A stretch of DNA of 62,418 nt, from the IMG/VR virus record IMGVR_UViG_3300020043_005056, positions 1 through 62,418 of that record; one strand, written 5' to 3'. Position 1 is the stretch's first letter. Each line of letters begins with the position of its first letter. This DNA comes from a virus (Duplodnaviria; Caudoviricetes). Below, piece by piece: positions 1 to 9,401 of this stretch. A program made the position numbers and the translations under genes. Below the pieces are notes generated by a model, which was not told where the DNA came from, made no database searches, and saw only the letters and a program-made list of their open reading frames with translations.

Positions 1-1
1 A

Positions 2-2713
2 GATGAACGTAATTTAGCTAAAGAAATAAGTTCATTAATAAAAAAATCAGGCATTAAAGAACTTACAAATGAACAACTTAAAAACATACTAAAGGTAATT
101 GACAATATAAATAATGGGTATTTACCACACTATGCTCAATTAGTTGTTGAGAAATTAAATTCTATAGAAAACGCTAAAGAATTAGAGTCAGCTATAAATA
201 AAGCAAAACCTTTACCTATATCTAAACTATATTCTAAACCAAAATCTTTAATTACAAAAAAAGATTCTATATTAGAAATGATAAGAAGGAATCCACTATT
301 CAATATAGACCAAGTTTTTGGAGATTTTAAAACAAAAGATATATTTAACTCTATACTAAAAAAGGCTGCTGAGGCTGAGGCTAAATTTACTTCTGAGTTG
401 AAAAATATTCAAGCTAAATTAGAAAAAGCAGAAGAGAATATTGCTAAATCTCACGGGCTTAATCCTAATAAAACTTTAATGTCAAAGTTTAAAATGATGA
501 CATATATGGTTCAACTTGAATATGATTCTAACCCAAATAATAAACAAGTAAATCCTGCGGCAGAATATTTAAAAACTACTATAAAACATATTGATGATGG
601 TAAATCTCAATTTGGAGAACGTGACGCTGAGATGTTGCAAAAAATATATGATAAATATACTGATTCTGAAGGAAATATTGACAATGAAAAATTATATAAT
701 TCACTTAATAACGCTGAAAAAGAAGGTGTTAAAACAATTCGTGAAATAAATGAGTCTTTAAAAGAAAAAGCAGAATACACAGGAGCCATAATTAGAGGGC
801 AAAAAATAAATCCTTTAAATAATTATGTTCATTTAAATGTTCTTCACGAGCATCAACCTAATGACTTAGCTTCAGGTACTTCATTTGCGAATGATTATAA
901 TAATTCAATGAGACCTACTACGAAAGCCAAATCATTAATAGAGAGAACCGGTAAGGTTTCTCCATTGAATTTTGATGTGTTTGCTTCTGCTCAAAGAGGT
1001 TCTAAGTTTGTACTTATGGATTATCATTTAACAGAACCTATTCGTACTGCTCGTAAAACAATGAATAAGGCAATATCTAACTTGGAATCAACAGGTAGGA
1101 TACCTAAAGAAAAAAGAAAAATAGCAAATGCAATTAGCAATGCTCTTGAGGAATCAATTAGTAATCTTATAACAAATAGTTACACTACAACTTCTATTGG
1201 AGATGATGTTATTAATTATATAAGTAAACAAGGTTATCGTTCAGTCCTTGCAGGAACAGGAAGGTTTGCTGCTGAATTTATATCAAATGTTGGTTTTGTT
1301 CTTTTGAGCGACCCTACATCGTTTGTTGAAGGTGTAAAAAATACGGGAGTAATAATGTCTTCAGATGCTCCTGCAATAATGAGTAATGTAAATAGTAAGG
1401 AGATTAATAGAATCTTCCCTACAGATACATTGTCAGGAAGAATGGTAGATACTAACATATTAAGTGAAGTAAGTGGTGTAAAAGGTGGAAAATCTAAAAA
1501 TACTGTAGTTAATAAGATTCAGCAAATTTGGAATTTATCAGGTAAAAAATATACAAATTTAGTTGAATTAAGTGCTGATATATTAATAACGACACCTGAT
1601 AAGGCTATAATGAGACCAATTTGGTTTGGTTCATTCTCTGAAAATTTTAGAAAAATAACAGGGAAAGATATAGATTTTGAAAAAATAGCAGCTAATGACG
1701 AAGTCTATATGGAAGAAAATAAAGATGCTATTGAAAAAGCAAAAAATATTGCTGACGAAAGGTCTGTTATAACAGGAGCAAGTAGTAATGCTTTTACAGG
1801 AATACTTAAAGGAACTAGCAAGCCTGAGCAAAGCAATGCTATAAAAGCTTTTAATAACTTTAATGGATTTATGAGTAAGTTCTTAATCTATGAGTTTGTT
1901 ACTGCTAGAACAGGTATAATGGCTGCTATTGGAAATGGGTCATTAACAAAGAGACAAGGAATTGCTTTATTAGGAGCTGTTACTACTCGTATGACTGTAT
2001 ATAGTTTACTTGTTAAAGCATTAGGAGAAGGAGTAGTTGGACTATTGTTTGATGAAGATGATGATGAAGATAAAAAAGCTCCTAAAGAAGCTGTAGGTCA
2101 AGCGTTAGCATCTTCATTTACATCTATGATTTTTGGTAGAGATTTTGGTAACTCAACAAAAACATTAATAAATTATGGATTAGAACGTGTAAACGAAAAT
2201 TATCTTGACTTTTTAAGAGAAGGAGAATACGACCCTTATAAAGATGCATTACAATATTCAGTAGTACCTGTTGAGAAAAAAGGAAGTCAAACAGATTTAT
2301 CTGATTTCTTATTTAATATGAGTGGGTCTTTTGGTCCTGTTATAAAAACTACTGACTTAGCAGTTAGAAAGTATTTTGAACCTGAGAAAAAAGAACTTGA
2401 AGCTATAGAAAGACAAGAAAAAGAAATAGGTGTTAGAATACCATTAGAAATATTAGGTAATTTAGGTCTTGTTCCTTTATACAAAGAAATTAGAAAATCT
2501 GTAATGAAGGATATATATAAGAAAACTTTAGAGCAACAACTTCTAGGTACTTACGAAAGTAAAGAGCAAATGAAAAAATATAATCCTAAGTTATATGAAA
2601 GAACTTTTGGAGAAGGTACAATGTATGATAGAATTAAAAAAAGAGAAGAAAAAGCAAATTTTAAATTAAAACAGCGTTTAAAAGAAATCAAATCGAGAGA
2701 AAATGAAGATTAA
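2..2713 (+). CDS. 5'-truncated C-terminal part of a giant virion/ejection-type protein (probably continues 57934..62301)
   Basis: Frame of ORF 278..2713 is open without stops back to base 2 (DERNLAKEISS...). Helical, K/E-rich, with late hydrophobic segments. Same strand and character as the gene cut at the right end. Confidence 0.75.
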   Translation, partial: DERNLAKEISSLIKKSGIKELTNEQLKNILKVIDNINNGYLPHYAQLVVEKLNSIENAKELESAINKAKPLPISKLYSKPKSLITKKDSILEMIRRNPLFNIDQVFGDFKTKDIFNSILKKAAEAEAKFTSELKNIQAKLEKAEENIAKSHGLNPNKTLMSKFKMMTYMVQLEYDSNPNNKQVNPAAEYLKTTIKHIDDGKSQFGERDAEMLQKIYDKYTDSEGNIDNEKLYNSLNNAEKEGVKTIREINESLKEKAEYTGAIIRGQKINPLNNYVHLNVLHEHQPNDLASGTSFANDYNNSMRPTTKAKSLIERTGKVSPLNFDVFASAQRGSKFVLMDYHLTEPIRTARKTMNKAISNLESTGRIPKEKRKIANAISNALEESISNLITNSYTTTSIGDDVINYISKQGYRSVLAGTGRFAAEFISNVGFVLLSDPTSFVEGVKNTGVIMSSDAPAIMSNVNSKEINRIFPTDTLSGRMVDTNILSEVSGVKGGKSKNTVVNKIQQIWNLSGKKYTNLVELSADILITTPDKAIMRPIWFGSFSENFRKITGKDIDFEKIAANDEVYMEENKDAIEKAKNIADERSVITGASSNAFTGILKGTSKPEQSNAIKAFNNFNGFMSKFLIYEFVTARTGIMAAIGNGSLTKRQGIALLGAVTTRMTVYSLLVKALGEGVVGLLFDEDDDEDKKAPKEAVGQALASSFTSMIFGRDFGNSTKTLINYGLERVNENYLDFLREGEYDPYKDALQYSVVPVEKKGSQTDLSDFLFNMSGSFGPVIKTTDLAVRKYFEPEKKELEAIERQEKEIGVRIPLEILGNLGLVPLYKEIRKSVMKDIYKKTLEQQLLGTYESKEQMKKYNPKLYERTFGEGTMYDRIKKREEKANFKLKQRLKEIKSRENED

Positions 2714-3123
2714 ACAAATCTAATATACTTTAAAGCTTTTTGTTTGTCGTAGTAAATCATAAGTTCATCATCATTAAAGGAGTTATCACGTGGCGGTCTT
2801 CCACCCCATTTGATTTCTCCTTTTAATTTATCAACCTTTCCATATATTATACCATCTTCGCAAGCCCATATAATTACAGGATTAAGTCTTTTGTCTGTCA
2901 GCTTAACAGCTTTTCTTGCAGCTATAGGTAAAGGATATGCATTATGCATAGTTTTTATTCTACCTTTAACCTCAACGTATGCAATTAGTTTACCTTCTTT
3001 ATTGAATACCTTGTAATCAATATCGTATGGGTCAAGCTTTTTGAACGAACCTCCAAATGTATTTACAAATGTAATTATTGCTTTGTTCTCTCTTTTTAAA
3101 TCCTGTTCTGTTTCAAAAGTCAT
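2710..3123 (-). CDS. PD-(D/E)XK-family nuclease-like protein
   Basis: DIDY...YVEVKGR fits the D...ExK pattern. Confidence 0.55.
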   Translation of the reverse strand: MTFETEQDLKRENKAIITFVNTFGGSFKKLDPYDIDYKVFNKEGKLIAYVEVKGRIKTMHNAYPLPIAARKAVKLTDKRLNPVIIWACEDGIIYGKVDKLKGEIKWGGRPPRDNSFNDDELMIYYDKQKALKYIRFV

Positions 3124-3307
3124 CTTCTTCTGTTGATTTTATTATACACCTTAATTCCATAATTAAAAATTGAGCTTCTTTCTTGACCAATTTAAAATCA
3201 CGGTCAACCAAGCTTTCATAGATACTATCTAATAGCGAATGATATTCATTTATTCTATATGCAATTCGGGAAGCTCTTTGGTCTTCACTATCTTTTTCTT
3301 GGTTCAT
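3113..3307 (-). CDS. hypothetical protein
   Basis: ATG ORF tightly packed in the minus-strand operon. Confidence 0.6.
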   Translation of the reverse strand: MNQEKDSEDQRASRIAYRINEYHSLLDSIYESLVDRDFKLVKKEAQFLIMELRCIIKSTEEDDF

Positions 3308-3316
3308 ACATTACTT

Positions 3317-3811
3317 TTATTTGTTAAACAATGGTAGTATATGATGCTTACATTCGTGAGAATTTGGTAAACGACCTGTTATTTCTTCATACTCTCTTAT
3401 ATAATCAAAAAATTCATCTAAAAGTTTTTCTTTAATTGCTATAGCTTCTTGAAGTTCATTTGTTAATCTCACTACGGTAACATATATATCTATATCTTTT
3501 TTTGTTTGTTCTTTAATAGATTTTTTCTTTTTAATGAAAACATTTTTACAAGCTACATATTTTTCTATTAGTATTCGGTCATAAGTTAGTAAGTATTCTA
3601 TGTTCTTTACATAGTGAATTATGGTAGCGTGGTCTTTTCCTATAGTATTTCCTATTAGTTCGTAACTACATCCATTATCTCTTAAAATTTTAGAATAAAC
3701 TTTACGAGCATCAACCACATCTCTTCTTCTATCTTTAACCTGTAAGTCAACTAAAAATACATCATTAACTATTTTTTTGAGTCCATCTATTTCTTCTTGT
3801 ATTGGTTGCAT
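3317..3811 (-). CDS. DnaA C-terminal (domain IV)-like HTH DNA-binding protein
   Basis: RRRDVVDARKV...SYELIGNTIGKDHATIIHY resembles the DnaA domain IV signature (R..AR......IG..F.RDHTTV.H). Confidence 0.7.
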   Translation of the reverse strand: MQPIQEEIDGLKKIVNDVFLVDLQVKDRRRDVVDARKVYSKILRDNGCSYELIGNTIGKDHATIIHYVKNIEYLLTYDRILIEKYVACKNVFIKKKKSIKEQTKKDIDIYVTVVRLTNELQEAIAIKEKLLDEFFDYIREYEEITGRLPNSHECKHHILPLFNK

Positions 3812-3821
3812 TTGATTTAAT

Positions 3822-4064
3822 TTATAGTGGTTTATACACCTCTGCTTTTACACCGTGCTCTTTTAGTTCTTTTAATCTCCAATCCTGTAAAGGAGATAAC
3901 TTTCCTGTAGGTCCTTTGACTTCATAAAACTCAACATTTGAGTTCTTAGGTATAGCAAGTAAATCAGGAATACCGTTCTTATTAGTCTTAATCAACTTTA
4001 GAACGTAATATCCCTGAGCCTCAAGTTCCTTAATTTTTTTCGATTGTATTTGACTTTCCTTCAT
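3822..4064 (-). CDS. VRR-NUC domain nuclease
   Basis: ESQIQ...GIPDLL...FYEVKGPTGKLSPLQ motifs. Confidence 0.85.
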   Translation of the reverse strand: MKESQIQSKKIKELEAQGYYVLKLIKTNKNGIPDLLAIPKNSNVEFYEVKGPTGKLSPLQDWRLKELKEHGVKAEVYKPL

Positions 4065-4065
4065 T

Positions 4066-4112
4066 TACGTTTTTTACGGAATTGATACGTTTTTTACGAA
4101 ACTGATACGTTT
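4066..4112. repeat. ~20-bp imperfect tandem repeat (about 2.3 copies)
   Basis: Minus strand reads ACGTATCAGTTTCGTAAAAA ACGTATCAATTCCGTAAAAA ACGTA. Confidence 0.8.
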
Positions 4113-4402
4113 GTCTCCTTCATCAACTCGTTAACTGAAAAAGTAATGTGGTTGCACTCTTGAATAAACTCAATAAGTTTATCAAGGTCTTTTTGTTTAA
4201 ACGCAAAACGATTAGCTAAAAACCACGTGTATGGGGAACAACTATCATCAAGGTCAATCTCATTGAGCTGAAAGGCTAATTGCTTTTGAGGAAGTACAGT
4301 CATACTAAACAGTAAAGTATATTCAGTACCTTTTTTTAACCATTTCTCATTTGGTATTTGAATTGGTTTGTTACTGTCATTTATACATAAACACTTTATC
4401 AT
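4094..4402 (-). CDS. hypothetical protein
   Basis: ATGA overlap with the upstream gene; 102 aa. Confidence 0.7.
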   Translation of the reverse strand: MIKCLCINDSNKPIQIPNEKWLKKGTEYTLLFSMTVLPQKQLAFQLNEIDLDDSCSPYTWFLANRFAFKQKDLDKLIEFIQECNHITFSVNELMKETNVSVS

Positions 4403-4686
4403 TTCTTAGTTGATTTACCGTTCTGACCATTTCTTGCTCTATTAGACATCATATTCTCAGTTGTCATACTCCCTGCCTTAGTATGGCTCATATCGAGATT
4501 ATCTCCATTTCCATAGGTTCCCGCATCACGATTAGCTTTATTTAACGCTTGTCGATACTTAACTCTTTTCGGATTGTCTTGATACTTTTTATCGTAAGCT
4601 AACTTCTTAGCTATTCTTTCGGGAGACATCTTTAATTTGTCGTATGATGGATGTTCTCCGGCCATCTTATTTCTTTTACTTGCCAT
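4399..4686 (-). CDS. basic protein with degenerate HNH-like C-terminus (probable start 4686, MASKRNK)
   Basis: A-rich leader before ATG 4686; GDNLDMSH...NRARNG resembles small phage HNH-like proteins; the longer ORF overlaps another gene. Confidence 0.5.
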   Translation of the reverse strand: MASKRNKMAGEHPSYDKLKMSPERIAKKLAYDKKYQDNPKRVKYRQALNKANRDAGTYGNGDNLDMSHTKAGSMTTENMMSNRARNGQNGKSTKK

Positions 4687-4712
4687 TATTTTTTTTTTAA
4701 AAATTATTTGTA

Positions 4713-4720
4713 TATCTTTG
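4713..4720 (+). promoter_or_regulatory. Bacteroidota -7 promoter element, antisense to the operon
   Basis: TATCTTTG matches TAnnTTTG. Confidence 0.5.
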
Positions 4721-4725
4721 AAGCG

Positions 4726-4779
4726 TCTTAAACAACAAGTCAATGGATTCTGATTTCGGTCAAGTCTGTTGACTTTTTT
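4726..4779 (+). ncRNA. putative ~55-nt small RNA ending in an intrinsic terminator
   Basis: AAGTCAATGGA/TCTGTTGACTT stem, inner TGAT-TTCG-GTCA hairpin, T-run; G-U pairs form only on + strand. Confidence 0.5.
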
Positions 4780-4780
4780 A

Positions 4781-4903
4781 TTAGTTATCTGCCTCGTATG
4801 CTTTAGCACACTCTCTGTTACAAAATTCATTTTCTGAGTCTTCTCCGCAGTATCTGCAAGTACACTCTTTTTCTTCGGGTGGGTATTCATTCCAATCTGT
4901 CAT
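4781..4903 (-). CDS. 40-aa Cys-rich zinc-finger-like peptide (not in ORF track)
   Basis: MTDWNEYPPEEKECTCRYCGEDSENEFCNRECAKAYEADN; CxxC...FCxxxC; ATGA-coupled to the helicase stop. Confidence 0.7.
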   Translation of the reverse strand: MTDWNEYPPEEKECTCRYCGEDSENEFCNRECAKAYEADN

Positions 4904-6363
4904 AAATAAAAATCTTTTTTAAAGTGGGCTAACGTGTAGTCCTTCTTCTTAGTTACTGCTTTATAAATCTCTTGTTCTATACCACCTTTAGCAAATATCC
5001 AAAACACTTGGTTCTCTAATCTATCCTTGGTGGTCATTCTATCTTTAGACTGCCAATAACTTGTAGCACTAAAGTCAATATTATAATACACAAGGTACTC
5101 TGCTTTTTTTAAACTTATACCTTCACGCCCACTTACAATTTGTAAAGCTATAGATTTAAAAGTTGAATTAAACTCATCCAAATCGGTTGTCAATTCATCT
5201 CCGAATACTTGTTGCAAAGCTACTAATTCTTCTTTGAATTTATAGAAAATACCAATTTGACATCCCATAAATTGTTCTTGAATAAATTCAGCCTTTGTGG
5301 TATCGATAACCATTGACTTTCCACTCTCAAACTTGACTGTTCCTGAATACAATTGATGTATCTTACTCATCAATTTTACAGGGGTGTCTCCTAATATAAC
5401 CTCTGCCTTACCTGTAATTACTAAATCTCTCTGTAGATTTTTAATCAGCTTATAAGTTGATTCTTTAAGCTCAACCTCAAATATTTCTTCAATAGTTGTA
5501 GCAACGAATCCTGCTTCTGCCTGAGTATAGTTTATCATAAATGGTTCCATTTCCTCAAGTATGGTATACATACCATTAGAGTAATCATTCATTGATAAGC
5601 CATTGATTATTTTAGACTTAACAATTACAAATTTACTACAAAATTTATAAAAAGTTTTGTACTCTCTAAATGGGTTGTTTGGTATTCCATAAACCTGATG
5701 GTACATCTGAGAGTATGACTCAGGAGTTGGGGTTCCTGATAACAATATAACATCTGCTTGTGTTTTATCTATCAACTCTTTTACCTGAACCGCTCTATTA
5801 CTTGGCTTAGGAAACGCACCCATTGAGTGAGCTTCATCGCAAATAATTAAATCCCAATCTATACTATCTATTTTATGTAGGCTCTCATAATTAATAACCT
5901 GCAAATGATAAGGAGGATTAAGCAACTTGTAATCTGATTCAATACTTGATATAGCTTTCTTTTTTGTTATAAATAAAACATTCTCACTGCCTCTTTTTTC
6001 TGCAATCCCAAGACTTGTTAATGTCTTACCTGTACGAACTTCCATAGCAAGGTATAAGAACCAAAATTCTTCTAATATTTCTGTGCCTTTCCTGATTATA
6101 TCGTGTTGGTAATCTCTGAATTTGATTTGATTATTTCTTTCCATATCTTTCTCGTAAAGCTTTTTATAATACTCACAACTATTTGCTATTCTATCTCTAA
6201 CTTCGGAAGGGGCATTGTGCTTAAATGTTTTTAATGTTTTAGCATTCTTACCTCTTCCAATTTTAGTATCTATAGTTTGGAATACAACGCTTCGTAACAA
6301 CTCGCATTGCTTCCACATTTCTTCGTTGTTAAACCCTAAATTTCTTTCGAGTATATCTACCAT
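4900..6363 (-). CDS. superfamily 2 (SNF2/DEAH-like) helicase
   Basis: RDYQ Q-motif, RTGKT, ICDEAH, LSGTP, GREGISL motifs; start at ATG 6363 inferred from overlap with the upstream small gene. Confidence 0.9.
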   Translation of the reverse strand: MVDILERNLGFNNEEMWKQCELLRSVVFQTIDTKIGRGKNAKTLKTFKHNAPSEVRDRIANSCEYYKKLYEKDMERNNQIKFRDYQHDIIRKGTEILEEFWFLYLAMEVRTGKTLTSLGIAEKRGSENVLFITKKKAISSIESDYKLLNPPYHLQVINYESLHKIDSIDWDLIICDEAHSMGAFPKPSNRAVQVKELIDKTQADVILLSGTPTPESYSQMYHQVYGIPNNPFREYKTFYKFCSKFVIVKSKIINGLSMNDYSNGMYTILEEMEPFMINYTQAEAGFVATTIEEIFEVELKESTYKLIKNLQRDLVITGKAEVILGDTPVKLMSKIHQLYSGTVKFESGKSMVIDTTKAEFIQEQFMGCQIGIFYKFKEELVALQQVFGDELTTDLDEFNSTFKSIALQIVSGREGISLKKAEYLVYYNIDFSATSYWQSKDRMTTKDRLENQVFWIFAKGGIEQEIYKAVTKKKDYTLAHFKKDFYL

Positions 6364-6449
6364 ATTAAGTAAAATACTGCTCCAATAATAATCGCTGAAC
6401 ATATCCAAGCGACTATTTCTACTATTATTCTTTCTTGTTTTGGTGTCAT
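6357..6449 (-). CDS. 30-aa single-pass membrane peptide (not in ORF track)
   Basis: MTPKQERIIVEIVAWICSAIIIGAVFYLIW; overlaps both neighbours. Confidence 0.55.
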   Translation of the reverse strand: MTPKQERIIVEIVAWICSAIIIGAVFYLIW

Positions 6450-6670
6450 AATAAATATATTTCTTGTTTAACTTCTATCCAATATTTCCAACATTCGTGA
6501 GGTATATTTGTTTCAAAAATTGTATTGTTTGAAAATAATATCGCTTCAACTGCTATTAATGCACATTTTTTAGCAATATCATCTGCCTGAGGTTCTGTTG
6601 GGTCGTGAACATATGGAATTTCAAACTCCATATCTTTAACTAAGTCTATTGCTTTTTCCTTTGGTGTCAT
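6446..6670 (-). CDS. hypothetical phage protein (MTPKEKA-type)
   Basis: MTPKEKA...AKKCALIAV...YWIEVKQEI pattern seen in phage small proteins. Confidence 0.7.
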   Translation of the reverse strand: MTPKEKAIDLVKDMEFEIPYVHDPTEPQADDIAKKCALIAVEAILFSNNTIFETNIPHECWKYWIEVKQEIYLL

Positions 6671-6748
6671 AACGTGTATGCTAATATTAATATTAATAAT
6701 ATAAAATATGTTACTATTAAAAATAAATTAAAAATTTGTTTTTTCATA

Positions 6749-9172
6749 TTAATTTAGTTTAATCTGTGTGTCATTATCTGCTCTCTTCTTAATAACAATC
6801 CATCTTCCGATATGGTCTCTATCTTCTTCAGGCATAATACCTTCTTTATAAATAGCATAAGATACTAACCACTTGTAGAATTTAGTTCTACTGATTGTCA
6901 TTTTACCTCTTGCTCCATAGTCAGGATACTCATCAACAAAGTTGCTGTACAGCTCATTCTTGTACAATCTTACATTGGTTGGTATTATAGTGCTTCTATC
7001 GTTAGAATCTACCAATCCAACCCATTCTATAAACTCGTGGCAAGTCTCTGCTGATAGCTGTCTAATCTTTAAGTTTACAAACTTAGATTTAACCAATCCA
7101 TTAGATAAATAAAATCTCAAACATCCAATCATATAGTTGTCAAACTCACACCAATCATCATCATTCCAATCTCCAAACATCATCTTACCAAAATCATCTC
7201 TTGGAGTGAAGTTCATTGTATAGTACTGATGTAGTTCTAATTCCCATTTTCGTCTCGCAAATGAGTTCCCTGCGCCTTTTATCGCATAGTTAGTCGTTAT
7301 TGCAACTTTAGGAGATTTACTGAAAGGAATCTTGATAGCATCTTTGTTTTTCTTTTCAAGAGTAAGACCTTCTGTGATAACGCTGAACAATCTCTCGAAA
7401 TCAAAATGCTTCTTAACATCATCAAAACAAAGTATTTGTGTATCTGCCGATACTAACTGATAAGGGAATGACTTCTCAAAGTTGAAAGACTTTCCATCAA
7501 TTACTACAAGCTTTTTCATATTACTAAGCGCGTTCATAACCAATCCCTTTCCTGTTCCTCCTTCAGGGTTATCACTGATAACCTCATCATTAAGAATTAC
7601 TGCCGGGCAAAACGATAAGTTTTTATATCCGTGCTGAAGGAATCCAATCGTACTCTCCATAGTTTTAATCCTGTTCTCATCTCCACCATTGATATTGCTG
7701 ATAAACTTTTTGAAATCACAGTCTCCCGTAACCTCACAAATATTAAAGTTTCTGTCAATCACGTGGTCTTTCCAAACGTATCCACCTAAATCTAAATAGT
7801 CTATTGTAAGTATGCTATCTTTCATAATCTTGACAGCGCAATTTCTGTAGTATAGGTAAGCTGAATCTCTGCTATCTGCAATGAAGTATATCTCTATAGT
7901 TGAAATCATAGAAAGAAAATCATCTCTAAAGAATCTTGTATTGTCTGCGAAGTAATTGTAAACGCTGTAATCATCCAACTCCAATAAGTGCGTAAGCACA
8001 AAGTCTTTAATTTCTTTCTCCGAAGTATGGTCGATGAGGTTGTTAGTAACCTTTACAAACACATAGTTACGACTTCCTTCAGGACAGAACTTATAGAACC
8101 CTGAATCTTCTAAGAATTGTTTGAATAAGATATGCTCAATTTTTATGACTCCTTTATCGTTCTTGGTCCAAAACGTCATCTTGGAATTTTCATCCTCAAC
8201 TTTATTTAAGACTGCATCAATGGTATCGCTATCCAAATTGGAATCTTGTAGTTGGTAGCGAATCTCTTTTTTTGATACGCCTCTTCTTAGCTTTGCACGT
8301 ATCTGATTGATACGCTCTTCGTCTTCGTAGTACTTGGTTCCGAAGTTAGCTGTATGCTTATATGCTGAATCAATCGTAGTAGCTATCTCTCCTATTGAGA
8401 AGTCAGAAGTAGCAAACTGATTTAGTATATATCCTGCAAGGCTTTTGTTTATACCGAAGTCATTGAAAGCCATAGCAAGTATGTAAGCGTTGTGGTTTCT
8501 TTGACCTTCTTGCATTGGGTATTTCTTTTCCCACCACTTAACAAGTATTTCAACAATCTTATTCTCGTCAGATATTGGTATAGTAGCTTGGTCTCTAACT
8601 CTATTTACTTCTGTGTACTCAGGCTCCTCAATCACATCCCAAATAGAAGAGTTCTGATTTATGTAAATTAAGGGGTCATAAGACTCGTAACATACTCGAC
8701 TAAGGTTCTTACTCGTTTTATCGAAATAAGGGCTGTTAAAGTGTCTTTCTAAGCTATTGAAGTAGTTAGTGTGATTATCTGCATCAGCAGGAATCTTAAC
8801 CAATACTTTTAATCCATTTCCTGAAGGGGAAATAAACACAGAGAAAACATATTTGTTTTTAGATATTGTTTCTTTATGTTGTAATAATTCTTTTTGTTTC
8901 TCATACCCATCGAAGTCCAAACAAACAAGTCCTGAGTGTTGATCAAGTGCAGTATCTAATCTTTTTTTGAAAGTACCACTAAAGCAAATAGCCGGTAGTA
9001 ACTTTTTAATCTCATTGCGTTCTGATTTATTCTTCTCTTGTCTGATTCGCTTAACGATGTCTTTGGTAGCACCGGCTCCATCCTTTATTCTATCAAGGAT
9101 AACATTAACATCTCTGAAGAACGGAGTGTCCGTATCGCGTATGTTTTGGAAGATTGTTACGTTGTGTGTCAT
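6749..9172 (-). CDS. primase-helicase (VirE-N/BT4734-like primase, PriCT, P-loop helicase)
   Basis: KKLLPAICFSGTF, CLDFD, FISPSGNGLK, EGQRNH, Walker A GGTGKG, FDDV, TTNY. Confidence 0.85.
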   Translation of the reverse strand: MTHNVTIFQNIRDTDTPFFRDVNVILDRIKDGAGATKDIVKRIRQEKNKSERNEIKKLLPAICFSGTFKKRLDTALDQHSGLVCLDFDGYEKQKELLQHKETISKNKYVFSVFISPSGNGLKVLVKIPADADNHTNYFNSLERHFNSPYFDKTSKNLSRVCYESYDPLIYINQNSSIWDVIEEPEYTEVNRVRDQATIPISDENKIVEILVKWWEKKYPMQEGQRNHNAYILAMAFNDFGINKSLAGYILNQFATSDFSIGEIATTIDSAYKHTANFGTKYYEDEERINQIRAKLRRGVSKKEIRYQLQDSNLDSDTIDAVLNKVEDENSKMTFWTKNDKGVIKIEHILFKQFLEDSGFYKFCPEGSRNYVFVKVTNNLIDHTSEKEIKDFVLTHLLELDDYSVYNYFADNTRFFRDDFLSMISTIEIYFIADSRDSAYLYYRNCAVKIMKDSILTIDYLDLGGYVWKDHVIDRNFNICEVTGDCDFKKFISNINGGDENRIKTMESTIGFLQHGYKNLSFCPAVILNDEVISDNPEGGTGKGLVMNALSNMKKLVVIDGKSFNFEKSFPYQLVSADTQILCFDDVKKHFDFERLFSVITEGLTLEKKNKDAIKIPFSKSPKVAITTNYAIKGAGNSFARRKWELELHQYYTMNFTPRDDFGKMMFGDWNDDDWCEFDNYMIGCLRFYLSNGLVKSKFVNLKIRQLSAETCHEFIEWVGLVDSNDRSTIIPTNVRLYKNELYSNFVDEYPDYGARGKMTISRTKFYKWLVSYAIYKEGIMPEEDRDHIGRWIVIKKRADNDTQIKLN

Positions 9173-9175
9173 TAT

Positions 9176-9346
9176 ATGTCGTTTTAATGTCGTTTTAATG
9201 TCGTTTTTAAATTTATAACTTATTGATTCTCAATACTACTGTCTTTTATGTCAATTATTTTCTTAAAAAACTAAAATAAAAAAATAATAATAATATAAAA
9301 TCTCTATAGTAGTAGTAGAAACAAAGAAAATGGTGTTTTCGACACG
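9176..9346. other. putative replication origin module 1
   Basis: Three tandem ATGTCGTTTT, IHF-consensus site at 9216-9228, AT-rich core, inverted CGACA near 9340; lies directly upstream of the primase-helicase. Confidence 0.5.
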
Positions 9347-9356
9347 CATAAGAGGT

Positions 9357-9380
9357 AAAAAAAGGGGAACTAAATCCCCT
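9357..9380 (-). terminator. intrinsic terminator after the SSB gene
   Basis: AGGGGA/TCCCCT stem followed by a T-run on the minus strand. Confidence 0.75.
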
Positions 9381-9401
9381 ATTTTATACAGGCTTATCCT
9401 T

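Noticed and set aside
4687-4890. N-terminal extension of ORF 4399..4890
   Set aside because: It overlaps a better-supported Cys-rich gene and the promoter/hairpin unit; ATG 4686 has the typical leader.
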